Below are positions 60,590-64,000 of a stretch of 64,000 nucleotides of DNA, in pieces. Position 1 is the first letter of the stretch. Every line of letters starts with the position of its first letter. The translations under genes were made by a program, and so were the position numbers. Location: NCBI GenBank assembly GCA_035221665.1, contig CM069154.1, positions 27,590,001 through 27,654,000 on the forward strand. The letters are read 5' to 3'. Under the pieces are notes generated by a model. It was not told the origin of the DNA. It ran no database searches and saw only the letters and a program-made list of their open reading frames with translations. The DNA comes from Okamejei kenojei (taxonomy: Eukaryota).

Positions 60590-61455
60590 TGATTTTGATT
60601 TGATTGGATTTAATTTATTGTCATTGTCTTCAATTAAGAGACAACGGAATTCTCTTTCATACAAAAAATAAAATTAAAAAAAAACACAAAAACACAGAAC
60701 ACAGTAGTCCACAACACAAACATCCCCACAGCGGCACCAAAGTTCCCCACTGTGAAGGGAAGGACCAAAGTCCAGTCAACCTCCTCGCTGATGTTCCCCA
60801 ATGTTCACCCGTGGTCGGGACCTTCCGAGTACCCCCATGGGCGGCCCAATGTACAGGCCCTCTCGCCGGGAATGATGGAACCCCGACGTCGAACGGGAGA
60901 ACATCCTCAGCGGCCTGGACCTCTGAATTGGCCACCTTCCACCGGAGTCCGCGGCTCCAAATGCCCACAGGCCGCGTTGGGCGGAGATACGCACTGGTGA
61001 CCCCTGGCAAAGGGTTCCAGGACTCTGCGATGTTAAAGTCAGCGCCGCCCGCGTTGGGAGCCCCGCACCCACAGCTCCGCGATGTTAGAGCAGCGGCCCA
61101 ACACTCCAGAGCTCCAAGCGGCAATCCCAGGTAAGGCCTCGCCCGCTCCGTGATGTATCGAGCGCAGCGCCGCAGCTGCGGAAGCTCTGGTCCGGTCCCG
61201 GCAGGAAAGGCCGCGCCAATCCAGTTGGTAGGCCACAAGGGTGGTGGGGGGGGGGGGGGGGGGGGTGGACGTGACTCGGATAATAGCCGCATCCTTGCCA
61301 GGAAACGACTGAAAGACAGTTCCCCCCTTATCCTACCCACTTCCCCCCACATAAAATACTGAAAAAAAACAAAAAAACACTCTAAACATAACAAAATTAA
61401 AGAAGACAGCCAGACCGTGGGCGGAGGCAGCTATTAAAAGCGTCACTGGATGTCC
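60590..61455 (-). mobile_element. GC-rich non-autonomous retroposon (LINE 5'UTR-like body, Rex/L2-type 3' tail)
   Basis: Minus-strand 3' end GACAATGACAATAAA followed by short (AATC/AAATC) repeats; CpG-rich body; embedded in an old decayed CR1 ORF2. Confidence 0.5.
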
Positions 61456-61964
61456 TAGGATAATTAAATAATTGTCATTGCATAATTTATAAAAGAAAAC
61501 ATTCCAGGAAAATTAGGGAATTGGAGATGTAATAAGAACAGGAATTTAAAGAAATTAAAATGAGTAAATTAATAGTACAGTAGAAATTAATGGGACCAAA
61601 AGCCAGCAAATCCAAAATTCGATATTCAAGGGTTTTAAAAGAGGTGGCTACAGAAAAACCAAGGACATACATTTTCATCTTCTATGACTTGCGAGATTTT
61701 AGAATTGCATAAAAGCTAACAAAATTCAATACCAGCGTTTAAGCTACAAGAAACATCATGTAAATTGAGAGTTGCGCCAGTTAAAAAATATTTTAGAAAG
61801 AGAAAATGTTAGAATTGCCTCATAAATAATTGAGCATAGTTAACTCTGATTTATGGAAAGGAAACCTTTTTGAAATGTATTTGATTTTGGAATCTGGCGG
61901 CTCATGGCAAAGCCAACATTTAATACCCAACTTTTTTTTTAAATGGTGACGAAACTCTGGAGTC

Positions 61965-62250
61965 CTTCATTCTCCCCCACATACCCCACCCCTTTTTCCC
62001 GCTCCCTCCTGTGCTCCACCTGGACTCGTAACTATTCCATCTTCTAGCTTCACAATTCGCAACTCTTCAATCCTTTTGTCGCACAACTTCTGCTTTTCAT
62101 CATCTTTGTTCAACTATCCGCCTATCAGAAAACTCTCCTCACTTATATCAAACCATTATCTGCCAGGCCTTGACCTGCCCCTTCTCTCTTCCAGCTTACA
62201 CTCTGTCTGAAGGAGGAACCAATCTGAAACGTCACCTCGCCATGTTCAAG
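61965..62250 (+). mobile_element. Longer Penelope-derived terminal-repeat fragment
   Basis: Pyrimidine-rich stretch ending in a degenerate CTGAAGG...GAAACGTCACC hammerhead-like motif. Confidence 0.45.
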
Positions 62251-64000
62251 CTATTTACTCACATATCCATAGAAGAGCAGATTTCCTTCCATGCATTGCC
62301 ACCATCTGATGTGACAAATAGCTGTTTGAAATACTTCTGTTCAAACACGTTATGGAAACTCTAACTGTGCCTGCAACAGTAACCTGTGCCTAGAACTATT
62401 ACCCTCAGTGCTCCTCTATTCTACAGTCCTGCAGCCTATCTCACAACAGTAGGCTACCTTCCGTTGTCCCTCTTGCAATTATTTTAATACACCAATTTGT
62501 GTAAAAACAATTATCCGGTTCCTTTATATTCACACGTTCTTAGTTCAATTTAGAGATACAGCAAGGAAACAAGCCCACGTTCTGGACACAATTTACAGAG
62601 GCCAATTAACCTACAAATCCACATGTCTTTGGGATGTGAAAGGAAACCAGAACACCCTGAGGAAACCCATGTGGTCACAGGGAGAACATGTAAACTCCAC
62701 GCAGACAACACCAGAGTTCAGGACTGAACCTGCGTCTGCGATGCTGAGACAGTATCTCTGCCAGTTGCACCAGTGTAAAGTAAACTCTGTCCTTGTAAAG
62801 TCTGTTTAATTTACAATATTAATCATTCCTATATTAACCATAACAGTTCAGTGCTGCACAATACTCCCATGCACGGAAAAATATATTCCATTGCTTCTCA
62901 AACTTTAAACCTTTAAAATACACCTCTCCATAGCCCAAGTGCAATTCAGTAGTGACAAATACAAATCTGTATTGCCAGCTAAGCTCTGAACTACATAGAC
63001 TTGGGGGATAGACACAAAGTGCTGGAGCAACTCAATGGGCCAGGCAGCATCACCGGAGAAAATGAATGGGTGATGTTTCAGGTCGGTGCCTGTTCCTGTG
63101 CTTTACTTTACCGAGTCTCAAGAAGGGTCCCGACCTGAAATGTCACCCTTCCTTTTTCTCCAGCGATGCTGCCTATCCCGCTGAGTTACTCCAGCACTTT
63201 GTGTCTATCTTTGGAATATATACTGAACTTCTTTTTCATTGTTTATTACGGTGTCTCCAGAGTATTACGTTTACATACCTGTTGTACTGCTGCAGGAAAT
63301 AATTTAATTGTTCCGTTTCAGGACACTCTTGACTCAAATTTGATATCAATACCATATAATTGCACTTAAGACTAAATGTACTCATTTATGCACTCCTGTC
63401 ATCAGCAATTAAAAAAAAATGTGTGCTTTTCTCAGATGCTCTACCAAAACTATTATTAAACATTTTACTGATACTGAGTAATCCTGTGATCAAATGCATC
63501 ATAATTGCAAGCGACACAGTACACAAAACATCACACAAAATGAAAATACTTCATCTATCAACCATTACTTGGGGAAAAAAAAGAGGAAAAAAAGGTCATT
63601 AAATGCAATCAAGCAGACCAGTGAAATCAGAGACTTTTTGTAGCGTGGATTTGCAGGGCACTCAAATGCCTCAGGGTCACTGACAACACATCAATCAGCT
63701 TAGTTAGATTTCCATTGTCATTCTTGAAAGCCTCATATTTAAGCAATTTCTGAGTGTTGTGACAAGACCATAAAATATTAATCTTTGCTCTGTTGCACTT
63801 CCCTGAACAAATACAGTAGACAAATGCTGTTCGCTTGGATGTATTTTTCATTTTCTGGCAAAGTAGTTTCAATTACTGGGCCTGAAACTACGCTCTGGAT
63901 ACGTGTCCTTCGAAGTGAAGTAAACGCCCGAGTTTGTTGTTGCTTTCACAATGAAATGAAATCAAATTTGTTTTACATAAGATTTGTAGCAACGATTGTC

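Noticed and set aside
60604-61394. 176-aa and 245-aa ORFs
   Set aside because: Stop-poor GC-rich repeat; no recognisable domain.

Overview
Eukaryotic, AT-rich, repeat-dense genomic DNA. The repeat content (HE1/V-SINE-like tRNA SINEs, CR1 LINE 3' ends, Rex1/Babar-like LINE pieces, Penelope-derived palindromes) points to a cartilaginous fish, probably a skate or ray; this is inferred from repeat families only. No intact host protein-coding gene was recognised, so the window looks intronic or intergenic. It holds three decayed Tc1 (DD34E) copies, two non-autonomous Helitrons with internal minisatellites, two Harbinger-like TIR elements, and a tRNA-Ala pseudogene. The most striking object is a 3.4 kb non-autonomous TIR element (45050-48461, 7-bp TSD) that splits a CR1 copy and carries a decayed copy of what looks like coding exon 1 of a TDP2-family gene. 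A MITE later inserted into that exon's splice donor. Also notable are minimal hammerhead-ribozyme cores in the Penelope-derived repeats and a TATA+Inr core promoter in the Helitrons. Repeat boundaries are approximate unless TIRs/TSDs are quoted. Family names come from recalled consensus features, not from database searches.
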